Shown here: in pieces, positions 54,917 through 64,000 of the stretch
Position numbering within the stretch: the stretch's first letter is position 1
How the letters are laid out: the number at the start of each line of letters is the position of its first letter
DNA from: Thermoplasmata archaeon
Lineage (GTDB): Archaea; Thermoplasmatota; Thermoplasmata; Lutacidiplasmatales; UBA184
Assembly: GCA_036404475.1 (NCBI GenBank)
Contig: DASWZL010000019.1
Coordinates: 7,181 to 71,180, forward strand
DNA: 64,000 bases
Reading direction: 5' to 3'
Notes under the pieces: model-generated
What the model was told of the DNA's origin: nothing
The model's database searches: none
The model's input: the letters and a program-made list of their open reading frames with translations, nothing else
Made by a program: the position numbers and the translations under genes

Positions 54917-54941
54917 CCCCGGGCCGACCACGGGCCCGGGG
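54917..54941 (+). terminator. Perfect 9-bp GC hairpin (CCCCGGGCC-GACCACG-GGCCCGGGG) 8 nt after the tRNA 3' end
   Basis: Read directly. Its role (termination or processing) is not established. Confidence 0.3.
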
Positions 54942-54995
54942 CCTTCCGCGCCCGAGCTCCCGCCCCCTTATCCTCCGTCGCGGTCTTGCTTGTCC

Positions 54996-55811
54996 ATGGC
55001 CGACTCCGACCGCTCGAAGCGCGACCGCGCTTCCCCTTCCCTCTCCCACGCGGTCGGCGACGCGCTTCGGGGTCTTACCGAGAAGCGCCTCCTCGAGCTC
55101 GTGAGGGCGGAGCCCGTCCCCAACCACCTCGCTATCATCATGGACGGGAACCGTCGATTCGCCGCCGCCCAGGGCCTCGACATCTCCAAAGGTCACGCGA
55201 AGGGACGCGACACGGCGGAACTGTTGCTCGATTGGTGCCTCGAGGTCGGCGTCAACATCCTGACCATCTACGCCCTCTCCACCGAGAACTTCTCCCGTTC
55301 CCCGGAGGAGCTCGAAGCGCTCATGGACCTCTACGAGCACGCGCTCCGGGACATCGCCGTCGACGAGCGCGTGCACCGGTACCAGATCCGGGTCCGGATG
55401 ATCGGGAACCGGTCCCTTCTCCCCGCGCGGGTGCAGGAGGCGATCGACGTCGCCGAGAAGGCTACGGAGGGGTACTCCCGATACCGGTTCAACGTGGCCT
55501 TGGCGTACGGCGGCCGCGACGAAATCGTGGAGGCGATCCGGGCCCTGGCCCGGGAGGTCCGGGACGGTCGTCTCACGCCGGAGCAGATCGATTCCGAGGC
55601 GGTCTCCCGTCACCTCTACACGGCGGACGTCCCGGACCCGGACCTGATCTTCCGGACGAGCGGAGAGGAGCGGATCTCGAACTTCCTGCTCTGGCAGGCC
55701 GCGTACAGCGAGCTCTACTTTTCGGACGTGCTCTGGCCGGGGCTCACGCGGATCGATTTCCTCCGTGCGATCCGCTCGTACCAGCTGCGGCGCCGTCGCT
55801 TTGGGGAGTGA
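54996..55811 (+). CDS. uppS: cis-Prenyltransferase (undecaprenyl-diphosphate synthase family)
   Basis: HLAIIMDGNRRFA, NFSR and RTSGEERISNFLLWQAAYSELYF are present. ATG 54996 is preferred over the TTG listed in the track. Confidence 0.9.
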   Translation: MADSDRSKRDRASPSLSHAVGDALRGLTEKRLLELVRAEPVPNHLAIIMDGNRRFAAAQGLDISKGHAKGRDTAELLLDWCLEVGVNILTIYALSTENFSRSPEELEALMDLYEHALRDIAVDERVHRYQIRVRMIGNRSLLPARVQEAIDVAEKATEGYSRYRFNVALAYGGRDEIVEAIRALAREVRDGRLTPEQIDSEAVSRHLYTADVPDPDLIFRTSGEERISNFLLWQAAYSELYFSDVLWPGLTRIDFLRAIRSYQLRRRRFGE

Positions 55812-57069
55812 CCGACCCGACCCCGGTCGGGGGATAGCCGAGAGCCGCGAGGGCCCTCGGGAAGAGGAATGCCACCCCGACGATCACCCATAGGATGGCG
55901 GTCCCGAGATAGGTCCACTGCACACCGTACGCCTCGATCAAGAGCGCCCCGCCGATCTGCGCCGCCGGGATGATGGCGATGCTGCCGAGCGCGTCGATCC
56001 CGAAGTACCGGCCCTGCATCTCGGTCGGGACGAGGAGCTGAGCGGCGGTCAACCACGCCGTCCCCGCGAACCCCCCGAACAGACCGATCAAGAAGAGGCA
56101 CACCGAGGCGACCGGCACGGACGGGAACAGGGCGAGGGCCACGGCCACCGCTCCCGAGGCCGCCCCGGCGCCGATGGTCCACGACCTCCCGGCTCGGCGG
56201 ACGCCCCCGGTGCGGCTGACGAGGAGCGAACCGAGACCCGTCCCCGCGACCTCGAGCGCGAGGAGGAGTGCGAAGACGAGCGCAGAGCCGTGCAGCAGGA
56301 CCGTCACGAACACGACGATGAACGTGCCGACGAGGCCCCCGCAGAAGTTGAAGAACGTCGCCGAAAGCGTCAGTTCGAGAAACCCTCGCGCCTTCACGAG
56401 CCACCGGAACCCGTCTCGGACATCCGCGAGATAGCCGGGCTTCGTCCGTTGTTTGACCTCGGGCACCGGGCGGACGGTCATGCCGAACAATAGGAGCGCC
56501 GACACGGCGAAGGTGGCGGCGTTCGCGGCGACCCCCATGACGGGCCCGAGACTCACGATCAGTATTCCTCCGACCGAGGCCCCGACGAACTGGGCGGCCG
56601 AGCGGCTCGACCGCACGAGACCGTTGGCGTCCGCGATCAGCGGGGCGTCCACCAGCGCGGGGACGATCGCCTGCTCGGCGGGGTTGAAGACCGTCGTGAA
56701 CGCGCCGACCACGAAGTACGCCGCGAGGATGGTCACGAGCTCGAAGCCGTGGAGCTCGAGGACGACCACGACCGCGCCCATCGCGAGCGCCCGTGCGACG
56801 TCGGCGCCAATCATCAGCCGCCGCCGGTCGTAGCGGTCCACGAGGGCCCCACCGAAGACGCTGAACAGGATCCCGGCGGCCAGCCAGGCCGTCCCGAGGA
56901 GCGCCACGTCGAGGGCGGAGTCGGTCGCGGTGAACACAATCCATACGAGGCAGATTGCCGCGATGGCGGAGCCCAAGGTCGACCCGAGACCCGCGGAGAA
57001 CACCCGGGTGTAGGCCGGGTTCGCGAGCAGCCGCGAGTAGGGACCGCGCGCCGACGTAGGCTCCTCCAT
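55744..57069 (-). CDS. MFS transporter
   Basis: About 12 TM helices are present, with GALVDRYDRRR (motif A). Its 3' end overlaps uppS convergently by 68 nt. Confidence 0.85.
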   Translation of the reverse strand: MEEPTSARGPYSRLLANPAYTRVFSAGLGSTLGSAIAAICLVWIVFTATDSALDVALLGTAWLAAGILFSVFGGALVDRYDRRRLMIGADVARALAMGAVVVVLELHGFELVTILAAYFVVGAFTTVFNPAEQAIVPALVDAPLIADANGLVRSSRSAAQFVGASVGGILIVSLGPVMGVAANAATFAVSALLLFGMTVRPVPEVKQRTKPGYLADVRDGFRWLVKARGFLELTLSATFFNFCGGLVGTFIVVFVTVLLHGSALVFALLLALEVAGTGLGSLLVSRTGGVRRAGRSWTIGAGAASGAVAVALALFPSVPVASVCLFLIGLFGGFAGTAWLTAAQLLVPTEMQGRYFGIDALGSIAIIPAAQIGGALLIEAYGVQWTYLGTAILWVIVGVAFLFPRALAALGYPPTGVGSVTPQSDGAAAGTSGSHGGNRSA

Positions 57070-57160
57070 CTTCGACTTGAGAGCGGAGTAGGGACCCCCG
57101 CATAAGTACGCGGCTCCGAGGAGGTTAGCGCCCTTTCGCGCTATCGGCAGACATGGATTG

Positions 57161-57170
57161 TTTTAAATAC
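57161..57170 (+). promoter_or_regulatory. Archaeal TATA box (TTTTAAATAC) of the thermosome gene
   Basis: This is the only strongly A/T-rich octamer in the spacer. It lies about 55-60 nt upstream of ATG 57224, and a GGAGGG Shine-Dalgarno sits at 57211-57216. Confidence 0.55.
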
Positions 57171-57196
57171 AACCGCTTTTCTACCCAACTCGACAG

Positions 57197-57212
57197 CCGA
57201 GAGTAATCTCGG
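57197..57212 (+). promoter_or_regulatory. Perfect 6-bp inverted repeat CCGAGA-GTAA-TCTCGG at the predicted 5' end of the thermosome mRNA, abutting the SD
   Basis: Read directly. The last two stem nucleotides are the first two of GGAGGG. Confidence 0.35.
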
Positions 57213-57223
57213 AGGGAAGAACG

Positions 57224-58894
57224 ATGTTAACCGGACAGACACCAATCCTGGTGCTAAGGGAAGGGACGAAGCGGCAGAAGGGCCGAAGCGCGTTGGGGAA
57301 CAATATCGCTGCCGCGAAGGCGATCGCGGACGCCGTGCGCTCGACGCTCGGACCGCGCGGCCTCGACAAGATGCTGGTTGATTCGATGGGAGACGTCGTC
57401 GTCACGAACGACGGGGTCACCATCCTCAAGGAGATGGACGTCGACCACCCGGCGGCGAAGATGCTGGTCGAGGTCGCGAAGACCCAGGACCAGGAAGCCG
57501 GGGATGGGACGACCACCGCGGTCGTTCTCGCCGGCGAGCTCTTGAAGCGTGCCGAGGGTCTCATCGAGCAGAACATCCACCCCACGATCATCTCGCAAGG
57601 GTACCGCCTGGCGTCCCAGAAGGCCCTCGAGGTCCTCAACGAGGTCAGCGAGCCGGTGACGATCAACGACCACGACCTGCTCACCCGCATCGCCGTGACG
57701 TCCATGGCCTCGAAGTCGGTCTCGTTCGACCGCGACCACATGGGCGAGATCGCGGTGAAGGCCGTGACGGCCGTCGCCCAGCCGAAGGCTGGCGGTGGCT
57801 ACGACGTCGACCTCGACAACATCCAGCTGATCAAGAAGCAGGGCGGCTCGATGGCGGACACCCAGCTCATTGAGGGCGTCATCGTCGACAAGGAGAAGGT
57901 CCACTCGGGGATGCCGACCCGGGTCGAGAACCCCAAGATCGCTCTCCTCGACGCCGCGCTCGAGATCAAGAAGACCGAGATCGACGCGAAGATCGAGATC
58001 AACGACCCCTCCCAGTTGAACGCGTTCCTCCAGGAGGAGGAGAACATGCTCCGCCGGATGGTCGAGCAGGTCAAGAAGTCCGGCGCGAACGTCGTCCTCT
58101 GTCAGAAGGGGATCGACGACCTCGCCCAGCACCTCCTCGCGAAGGAAGGCATCTACGCCGTCCGTCGCGTGAAGAAGTCCGACATGGAGAAGCTCGCGAA
58201 AGCGACCGGGGCGAACATCGTCTCGAAGGTCAGCGAGCTCACTCCCGAGGACGTCGGGCGCGCGGGCATGGTCGAGGAGCGGAAGATAGGGGAGGACTCG
58301 CTCACGTTCGTCACGGGTGCGAAGAAGGCGAAAGCCGTCTCCATCCTGATCCGCGGGGGCACCGAGCACGTCATCGACGAGATCGAGCGGTCCATGGACG
58401 ACGCTCTCAACGTGGTCGCCGTCGCGGTCGAGGACGGACGGTACGTTTTCGGAGGCGGAGCGACGGCCGAGGAGCTCGCCATGCGCCTGCGCGACCACGC
58501 CGCCAAGATCGGTGGCCGCGAGCAGATCGCGTTCGAGAGCTTCGCCGATGCGCTCGAGACGATCCCCCGGACCCTCGCCGAGAACGCTGGGCTCGACCCG
58601 ATCGACATGCTGATCGAGCTCCGCAAGGCCCACAAGGGCGGCCAGCAGAGGGCGGGGGTCAATCTCACCACCGGCAAGACCGTGGACATGGGCGAACTCC
58701 ATGTCATTGAGCCGATCCGAGTCGGGCGCCAGGCGATCGAGAGCGCGACCGATGCCGCGGTGATGATCCTGCGGATCGACGACGTCATCGCGTCCAAGTC
58801 GAGCCCGCCCCCCTCCGGAGGCCCCGGCGGCCCCGGTGGCGGCATGGGTGGCATGGGCGGGATGGGCGGCGGCGGCGACTTCGGGGAAGACTGA
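57224..58894 (+). CDS. ths: Thermosome subunit (group II chaperonin)
   Basis: Family motifs [15 protein letters not shown] and VFGGGA are present, with a C-terminal [13 protein letters not shown] tail. Confidence 0.95.
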   Translation: MLTGQTPILVLREGTKRQKGRSALGNNIAAAKAIADAVRSTLGPRGLDKMLVDSMGDVVVTNDGVTILKEMDVDHPAAKMLVEVAKTQDQEAGDGTTTAVVLAGELLKRAEGLIEQNIHPTIISQGYRLASQKALEVLNEVSEPVTINDHDLLTRIAVTSMASKSVSFDRDHMGEIAVKAVTAVAQPKAGGGYDVDLDNIQLIKKQGGSMADTQLIEGVIVDKEKVHSGMPTRVENPKIALLDAALEIKKTEIDAKIEINDPSQLNAFLQEEENMLRRMVEQVKKSGANVVLCQKGIDDLAQHLLAKEGIYAVRRVKKSDMEKLAKATGANIVSKVSELTPEDVGRAGMVEERKIGEDSLTFVTGAKKAKAVSILIRGGTEHVIDEIERSMDDALNVVAVAVEDGRYVFGGGATAEELAMRLRDHAAKIGGREQIAFESFADALETIPRTLAENAGLDPIDMLIELRKAHKGGQQRAGVNLTTGKTVDMGELHVIEPIRVGRQAIESATDAAVMILRIDDVIASKSSPPPSGGPGGPGGGMGGMGGMGGGGDFGED

Positions 58895-59004
58895 ACCTAC
58901 CCTACCCTCGGACCAACCCCTTCTCCCGGTCCCCGGGTCTTCCCGGGGACCTGAACGTTTCGTGTTCCCGGCTCGGTCTCGAGCCCCGGGCTCCGAGCTC
59001 GATT

Positions 59005-59559
59005 CTATCGACCGCGCGAGCCGAGGAGTTCCCCGACCTGGCGGATGGCTTGGGCGCGATGCGAGAGCTCGTTCTTCTCCCCGGGTGGGGTCTCGCCGAA
59101 CGTCCGGAAGCCCCCTTCGGGAATGAAGATCGGGTCGTAGCCGAAGCCCTGACGACCGCGAGGTCGCTCGGCGATACGCCCCTGCACCTCGCCCATGAAC
59201 GTCCAGCGCCGGCGGCCGCGCTGGAGGCCTGCTACCGTCCGGAAATAAGCGCGCCGGTCCCGCTGTTCGAGGAGCTCGAGGAGGGGACCGAACTTCCAGG
59301 TCTTCAGGAAGTGTGCCGAATAGACGCCGGGAAACCCGCGGAGGGAGGGGATGAACAGACCGGAGTCCTCCACCAGGACGTATCCGGGAAGGTCCCGCAC
59401 GGCGGCGAGCTTCGAGGCGACCACCTCCTCGAGCGTTTCGGCCTGTGGTTCGGGGAGCGCCCGGCGACGCCATCGCGCCCGAACCCCGAACGGGGCGAGG
59501 AGGTTCTGAACCTCCCGGAACTTCCCGGGATTGGTGCTGACGAAGGTTACGTCGGTCAC
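59005..59559 (-). CDS. rdgB: Non-canonical purine NTP pyrophosphatase (HAM1/RdgB family), GTG start
   Basis: TNPGKFRE, EDSGL, FGYDPIF and SHRA are present. The GTG lies at 59557-59559. Confidence 0.85.
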   Translation of the reverse strand: MTDVTFVSTNPGKFREVQNLLAPFGVRARWRRRALPEPQAETLEEVVASKLAAVRDLPGYVLVEDSGLFIPSLRGFPGVYSAHFLKTWKFGPLLELLEQRDRRAYFRTVAGLQRGRRRWTFMGEVQGRIAERPRGRQGFGYDPIFIPEGGFRTFGETPPGEKNELSHRAQAIRQVGELLGSRGR

Positions 59560-59561
59560 GC

Positions 59562-60098
59562 CTACCAGGGGTACTCGTTGTAGGCGATGATCTCGTCCGG
59601 GCTCTTCCGCCCGTCCCCGTTCGACCGCGCGGCGCCGTTGCCTTCGAGGGGGAATCCGATTGGGATGACGGCGATCGGATGGATCCCCTCGGGCACGTGG
59701 AGGACGGACCGGACCTTCTCGTCGTTGAACTCGATAATCCAGTTGGTGCCGAGTCCCTCCGCCGTCGCCGCGAGCTGGAGGTGCGCGACCGCGACCGCCA
59801 CATCGAGGGGATAGGCCGAGATGTACCCGCCGATCGTGATCGGGATGTCCTCTTCTACGGCGAAGGCGACGATGACCGCGGGCGCCTCCGCGATGAGCTT
59901 CCCGCGGTTCGAGGCCTGGGCCAATAGTCGCTTGCGCTCGTCGTCCTGGACGACCACGAACCGCCATGGCTGGAGGTTCTGCTGGCTGGGGGCCAGCCGG
60001 GCGGCCGCGAGCACCGCCTTCAACTTCTCCGGTGGCACCGGGCGCGAGTTGTACTGGGTGCAGGGTCGGAAGGAGCGAATCGCGTCGAGGATGTCCAT
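59562..60098 (-). CDS. Nitroreductase-family flavoprotein
   Basis: RSFRPCTQYNSRPVP and APSQQNLQPWRFVVV are present. Confidence 0.85.
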   Translation of the reverse strand: MDILDAIRSFRPCTQYNSRPVPPEKLKAVLAAARLAPSQQNLQPWRFVVVQDDERKRLLAQASNRGKLIAEAPAVIVAFAVEEDIPITIGGYISAYPLDVAVAVAHLQLAATAEGLGTNWIIEFNDEKVRSVLHVPEGIHPIAVIPIGFPLEGNGAARSNGDGRKSPDEIIAYNEYPW

Positions 60099-60260
60099 GT
60101 CGATTGACCGAGAACGAATCAGGCTCTGAAGGTCAAAGGAGGTCTACGCCCCCGACGGAAAGCAAGGCATTCGACCCGACGAGGTGAGTCCCTCTTAAAA
60201 TGGTTTTCGAGGGTATCCCGGAACCGAAACCGGATCGGCGGGGGGCTGTTCCTCCCGAAC

Positions 60261-61268
60261 TCATGGGACCGGGCCGGCGGATGGGGCCGTCCCCTCGGGA
60301 GGGAACCGCCGCTCCATGCTGGCCCATTCCACGTTGCGGCGGAATCCGAGCTTCTGGTTGATCGCCCAGATCGGCAGGTTGAGCGAATCGTTGAAGGTCC
60401 GCAAGTATCGGATGCCCCGGCGGTGAGCGTACTCCATGGCCCTCCGCTTGAGTTCCGACGCCAAGCCCCTACCCCGGTACGTCTCACGAGTTCCCGTGTA
60501 CCCCACCATCAGGGAGTCCTCCCGGGCAAGGTCCCGTTCGAGGTTGCTCGTCGCGACGTACGCTTCGCCGTAGCGGGCGAGGAAGTGTGCCTCGGGAAGC
60601 GACGGGGCGCCCTCCAGCTGGGCGACGAACTGGTCGAAGGAGATCGGTGTGTATTTGCCCATCTGGGGAACGTCCCGAGAGGTCTCGGAGAACAGTTCGA
60701 AGAGGCGTTGGCGGACCTCCGGGCGCGCGGGCCCTTCCTCGGCCAGGGTGGTGAAGCGAATCCCCTCTTGCACCAACGCCGCCACGTCTTCCGAGGGAGG
60801 GGGAACGCCGACCTCCGAGAGGTCGAGGGTGCTCATCCACATCGTGCGAAGTTGAACGAACCCCTGCTTCCGGGCGAACTCGAGGCTCCTTGGGTCGTCC
60901 TTCCGTACGTTCGTCCAAAAGCAGGCCGCATGATGAGAGACCGCCTCCGATTCGAGGATGGCGGAAAGCCCTCGCCCGATCCCTTGCCTCCGGTGGGCGG
61001 GGTCGACGACCAGCGACACCCAGAACTTGTGCGGGTCATATCCGAACGGCGAATGATTCATCATGCCGCTGGCGACCACCGTTCCGGTCCCCCGCTCCAC
61101 GACGACCCACCTCTCGTTGACGAGATGAGGGGCCGCGAGTTCTTGGTCCCAGGCGCGTTCCTCCTCCGCCGTCGAGGGGAGTTCGGGACTCCAGAATGAG
61201 CGGAGGCGGCTCAACGCCTCGTAGTCCGCGTCCACGAAAGGCCGCACGAAGTACTTCTTTCGGTCCAT
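60261..61268 (-). CDS. GNAT-family acetyltransferase, tandem GNAT lobes
   Basis: Two acetyl-CoA motif regions are present: HRRQGIGRGL and YRGRGLASELKRRAMEYA. Confidence 0.8.
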   Translation of the reverse strand: MDRKKYFVRPFVDADYEALSRLRSFWSPELPSTAEEERAWDQELAAPHLVNERWVVVERGTGTVVASGMMNHSPFGYDPHKFWVSLVVDPAHRRQGIGRGLSAILESEAVSHHAACFWTNVRKDDPRSLEFARKQGFVQLRTMWMSTLDLSEVGVPPPSEDVAALVQEGIRFTTLAEEGPARPEVRQRLFELFSETSRDVPQMGKYTPISFDQFVAQLEGAPSLPEAHFLARYGEAYVATSNLERDLAREDSLMVGYTGTRETYRGRGLASELKRRAMEYAHRRGIRYLRTFNDSLNLPIWAINQKLGFRRNVEWASMERRFPPEGTAPSAGPVP

Positions 61269-61456
61269 CCGACGTCGTTTCGGCTCACATCAGGGCCCCC
61301 CATAGTCCCTTGGGGGCGAGAATTGGCCCCCATTCTCGGGGGGGAGGGAGCAGGGTCAAGAGGTACGAGGAGCCCCTCCCGCCGACCGGAAAAGTCCCAT
61401 CGGGGGCCCGGCCGCGGGCGCTCGGTTTGACGTCAAAGACTTAGCGAAGGGAGCCC

Positions 61457-62674
61457 GTGGGAAGGTTCGTGATTTCGCGCTACCGTCCGACGACCGTCGT
61501 GGGTTTGGTGTACGCTTCCACGGCCGTCGTGTGGGCCGCGTACTCGCTGCTCATCGTAGCGCTGCCGTTCCGGTTCCAGTCGCTCGGGCTCTCGGTGGTC
61601 CAATACGGCATCGCCATCGCGATCTTCGCCCTCGGGATGCTGATCACCGAGAGCGTCTGGGGAGTGCTCGCCTTCCGGATCGGGAACCTTCGGACGGTCC
61701 TCGGCCTGGGGATTGCGGTCGCGGTCGTGTATCTCGCGATCGGTCTTTCCACTACGTTCCTCACGCTCGCGGTCTCGCTCGGGTTCCTCGGCGCCCTGTC
61801 GATCTTCCCGGTTCCGCTCTTTCGTTGGATGGCCATGATCGCGGGGGGACCCGGGACGGGCGGCGCCGGAACCGGTCGCTACGGGCTGTTCTTCGGTGGT
61901 GGAATGGCGGTCGGGGCCGCCCTCGGCCCCCTTCTGTTCGTCGAGGTCGGGTTTCTGTCGTTGACCCTCGTGGTTCTCGCCATTTACGCGGTCGGTCTCG
62001 GTCTTATGGCGTGGCTCCCTTGGCGCGAAACCCGACTCCCCCGCGCCGAACCGGGGTCGCTTTCCCAGGTCCGCCGAGTCCTGACCGCCCCCTTCGTCTT
62101 CGTGGCGAGCCTCGTTGTGCTGGCCTTTCTCGCGTACACGTTGATCATCAGCTTCTTGCAAATCTACTCGGTTAGCGCGTTTCAAGGGACTCCGACCGAC
62201 TCCGGCTACGTAATCGGGATTGCCCGGGCGACCATCCTAATGGCCGGTTTCCTCTTGGGAGGAGTGGCCGACCGTTTCGGCCCGATGCGAACCGTCCCAT
62301 TCGGGTTCTTGCTCCTCGCGCTGGGAGCGTTCGGCACCTTGTTCTCCTCTTCGTACGCCGAGATGGTGGGTGCGACGATCGTCTTCGCGGTTGGGTTCGG
62401 ATGGCTCTCCGCAAGTCTCCTGCCTCTAGCCCTTGGCCCGGTGCCGCTCCCGCTGCAGGGAACCGCGGTCGGGGTCTTCGGGTCTTTCGAGGATTTCGGG
62501 CTTCTGGTCGGCCCGGTCCTCATCAGCGCCGTGTACGTGGCGTACGGAGTCCGCTCCATCTTCCTCGTCGTGGGCGCGGTCGCACTGGCCGGGGCACTTC
62601 TCTCCGTTCTCCTGCGGTACGTCGACCGAGGAGAAACGCGTGGGCCTGGGACCACGGGACCGTTCGAGGAATGA
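61457..62674 (+). CDS. MFS transporter
   Basis: It has 12 hydrophobic helices and the loop motif GGVADRFGPMR. The start is GTG. Confidence 0.85.
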   Translation: MGRFVISRYRPTTVVGLVYASTAVVWAAYSLLIVALPFRFQSLGLSVVQYGIAIAIFALGMLITESVWGVLAFRIGNLRTVLGLGIAVAVVYLAIGLSTTFLTLAVSLGFLGALSIFPVPLFRWMAMIAGGPGTGGAGTGRYGLFFGGGMAVGAALGPLLFVEVGFLSLTLVVLAIYAVGLGLMAWLPWRETRLPRAEPGSLSQVRRVLTAPFVFVASLVVLAFLAYTLIISFLQIYSVSAFQGTPTDSGYVIGIARATILMAGFLLGGVADRFGPMRTVPFGFLLLALGAFGTLFSSSYAEMVGATIVFAVGFGWLSASLLPLALGPVPLPLQGTAVGVFGSFEDFGLLVGPVLISAVYVAYGVRSIFLVVGAVALAGALLSVLLRYVDRGETRGPGTTGPFEE

Positions 62675-62922
62675 GCCAGTCGCGATGCGGGAGGCCCAAT
62701 CACGGTGGCGGTCGGCGCCGATCGGAATGCCAGCGGGGGCCCGGGGGAGGAACGCCCAAGGCTACCATCCCAGCCCGACATCCGGCGCCGACGCGCTCCG
62801 CCGCCACCAAGACCTGGTGGCACTCCACGGCGTACCTGTTCCGCCCCAGGGCCCGCGAACCTTTATCGCCTCGGCTCGAGGTGACAGATTGATTCGGTCC
62901 GGGCTCGGGCCGGTGCGGAGCG

Positions 62923-64000
62923 ATGACCGTCCGAAGGTCGGGTCAGGCGAGGGGGTTCTCGACGATTTGGGCGTTAGCCATAGCCCTTGTCACGGTAGTC
63001 GCCATCTCCCCCATTTCGACCGACCTCGGTCTCGTGTCACGTCCGAATGGGCTGACGAACTCGCTCGCTCTGTCTTCCTCCATGACGCTGCCCCCGGGCG
63101 GCGACTTTCCGACGTACCTCGGAAACGGGGCGCGAACGTCGGCGTCGTCCTCGGAACTGATGGTCAATCCTACGACGGCACCGCTCCTCCACCTGCTTTG
63201 GAATTACACCGCGGGCGGGGCCGTCCAATCCCAGCCCGTGGAACAGAACGGGGTCGTTTATTTCGGTGCCCAGGACGGCAACGAGTACGCCGTCCGTGCG
63301 ACCACCGGGGCCCTCCTTTGGAGGACCTTCCTGGGGCAGGATGGCAACGACACGGCGTGCAAGTACGTCCTGGGAGTCACATCCACCGCCACCGTGTCCG
63401 GGCCGAACCTCTACGTCGACGGAGGGTTTCCGTATCTCTACGCGCTCAACTCGTCGACCGGTGCGATTGAGTGGCGGGCGCTTATCGGGGGTTCGGACAG
63501 CCTCGGGTTCTATGATTGGTCCAGCCCCCTGATCTACGGGCACAGCGCTTATGTCGGGATCGCGAGCGATTGCGACCACCCTTTGGTCCCTGCAGGGGTC
63601 GCGGAGTTCTCGCTCACGACCCACGCGATGACCCACTACTTCAACTCAAGCGCGCCGGAAATGAACGGCTCGAGCATTTGGGGCTCTCCGTCGGTCAACG
63701 CGGCGACCAACACGATCTTCGTCACGACGGGGAACCCGCATGGAACCACCCCATCCGAGTTCAGCGAATCGATCATCGCCCTCAACGCGACCACCCTGGC
63801 CGTCGAGTCCCGCTGGCAGGTTCCCGCGGCCGCGGGTCTGGGAGACTCCGACTTCGGCGTATCCCCCACCCTCTTCACCCCGGCGAGTGGGTTTCCTATG
63901 GTGACGGCGCCCAACAAGAACGGCTTCCTGTACGCGCTCTACCAATCGAACCTAACCCTCGCGTGGCAACAACGAATCTGCTGCGCGAACGCCCAGGACG
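62923..64000 (+). CDS. Membrane-anchored PQQ-like beta-propeller repeat protein, 3' end outside the window (absent from the ORF track)
   Basis: ATG 62923 opens a frame-1 ORF that stays open to the window end: MTVRRSGQARGFSTIWALAIALVTVVAISP... It has repeats such as GGAVQSQPVEQNGVVYFGAQDGNEYAVRATTGALLW, LYALNSSTGAIEWR and NGFLYALYQSN. Confidence 0.7.
   Translation, partial: MTVRRSGQARGFSTIWALAIALVTVVAISPISTDLGLVSRPNGLTNSLALSSSMTLPPGGDFPTYLGNGARTSASSSELMVNPTTAPLLHLLWNYTAGGAVQSQPVEQNGVVYFGAQDGNEYAVRATTGALLWRTFLGQDGNDTACKYVLGVTSTATVSGPNLYVDGGFPYLYALNSSTGAIEWRALIGGSDSLGFYDWSSPLIYGHSAYVGIASDCDHPLVPAGVAEFSLTTHAMTHYFNSSAPEMNGSSIWGSPSVNAATNTIFVTTGNPHGTTPSEFSESIIALNATTLAVESRWQVPAAAGLGDSDFGVSPTLFTPASGFPMVTAPNKNGFLYALYQSNLTLAWQQRICCANAQD

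Noticed and set aside
55744-55811. 68-nt convergent overlap between uppS and the MFS transporter
   Set aside because: It most likely reflects a late stop in the unconserved C-terminal tail of the MFS ORF. Nothing suggests a regulatory antisense arrangement beyond the overlap itself.
58836-58894. Tandem GGCATGGGT-type repeat at the end of the thermosome gene
   Set aside because: It encodes the GGM-repeat C-terminal tail that is normal for group II chaperonins. It is not a repeat element.
57254-59803. 849-aa minus-strand ORF
   Set aside because: It is antisense to the thermosome gene and runs on through the HAM1 and nitroreductase genes in a different frame. No motifs are present.
1-64000. 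CRISPR arrays, rRNA genes, IS elements, integrases, long direct or inverted repeats
   Set aside because: Reading through the window by eye I saw none. Short GC-rich palindromes are frequent, as expected at this base composition.

Overview
This is a high-GC archaeal chromosomal segment. The archaeal call rests on a thermosome, TFB, aIF5B, TruD, a Nog1-type GTPase, a beta-CASP RNase, a Y-family polymerase and an intron-containing tRNA-Asp. A Thermoplasmatota-like uncultured lineage is only my guess. I support about 60 tightly packed genes, many with 4-nt start/stop overlaps. Most are housekeeping or central metabolism: a UbiD + aconitase-X mevalonate-pathway pair, citrate synthase, glycine cleavage P-protein subunits, a PfkA-family phosphofructokinase with PPi-type residues, MtnA, an IMPase-family protein + NAD kinase, UppS, and several MFS and ABC transporters. 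There is also one histidine kinase/response regulator pair. I saw no CRISPR array, rRNA, integrase or transposase. The least ordinary stretch is about 26.3-35.9 kb. It holds a structured 365-bp gene-free spacer, a minimal class III nucleotidyl cyclase, a MacB-type ABC exporter, a stand-alone cNMP-binding protein, an orphan protein with a proline-rich linker, and a pair of KaiC-like ATPases (one with a dead Walker A) plus a small acidic ORF. Other notable items are a tRNA-Asp with a non-canonical T-loop intron, a membrane-protein frame split by one in-frame TAG, and a probable homopolymer frameshift in an S58 peptidase. Many very long ORFs in the track are stop-free alternative or antisense frames typical of GC-rich DNA, and I rejected them. 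All calls come from reading motifs by eye. No searches or folding programs were run, so starts are approximate and family assignments are provisional.
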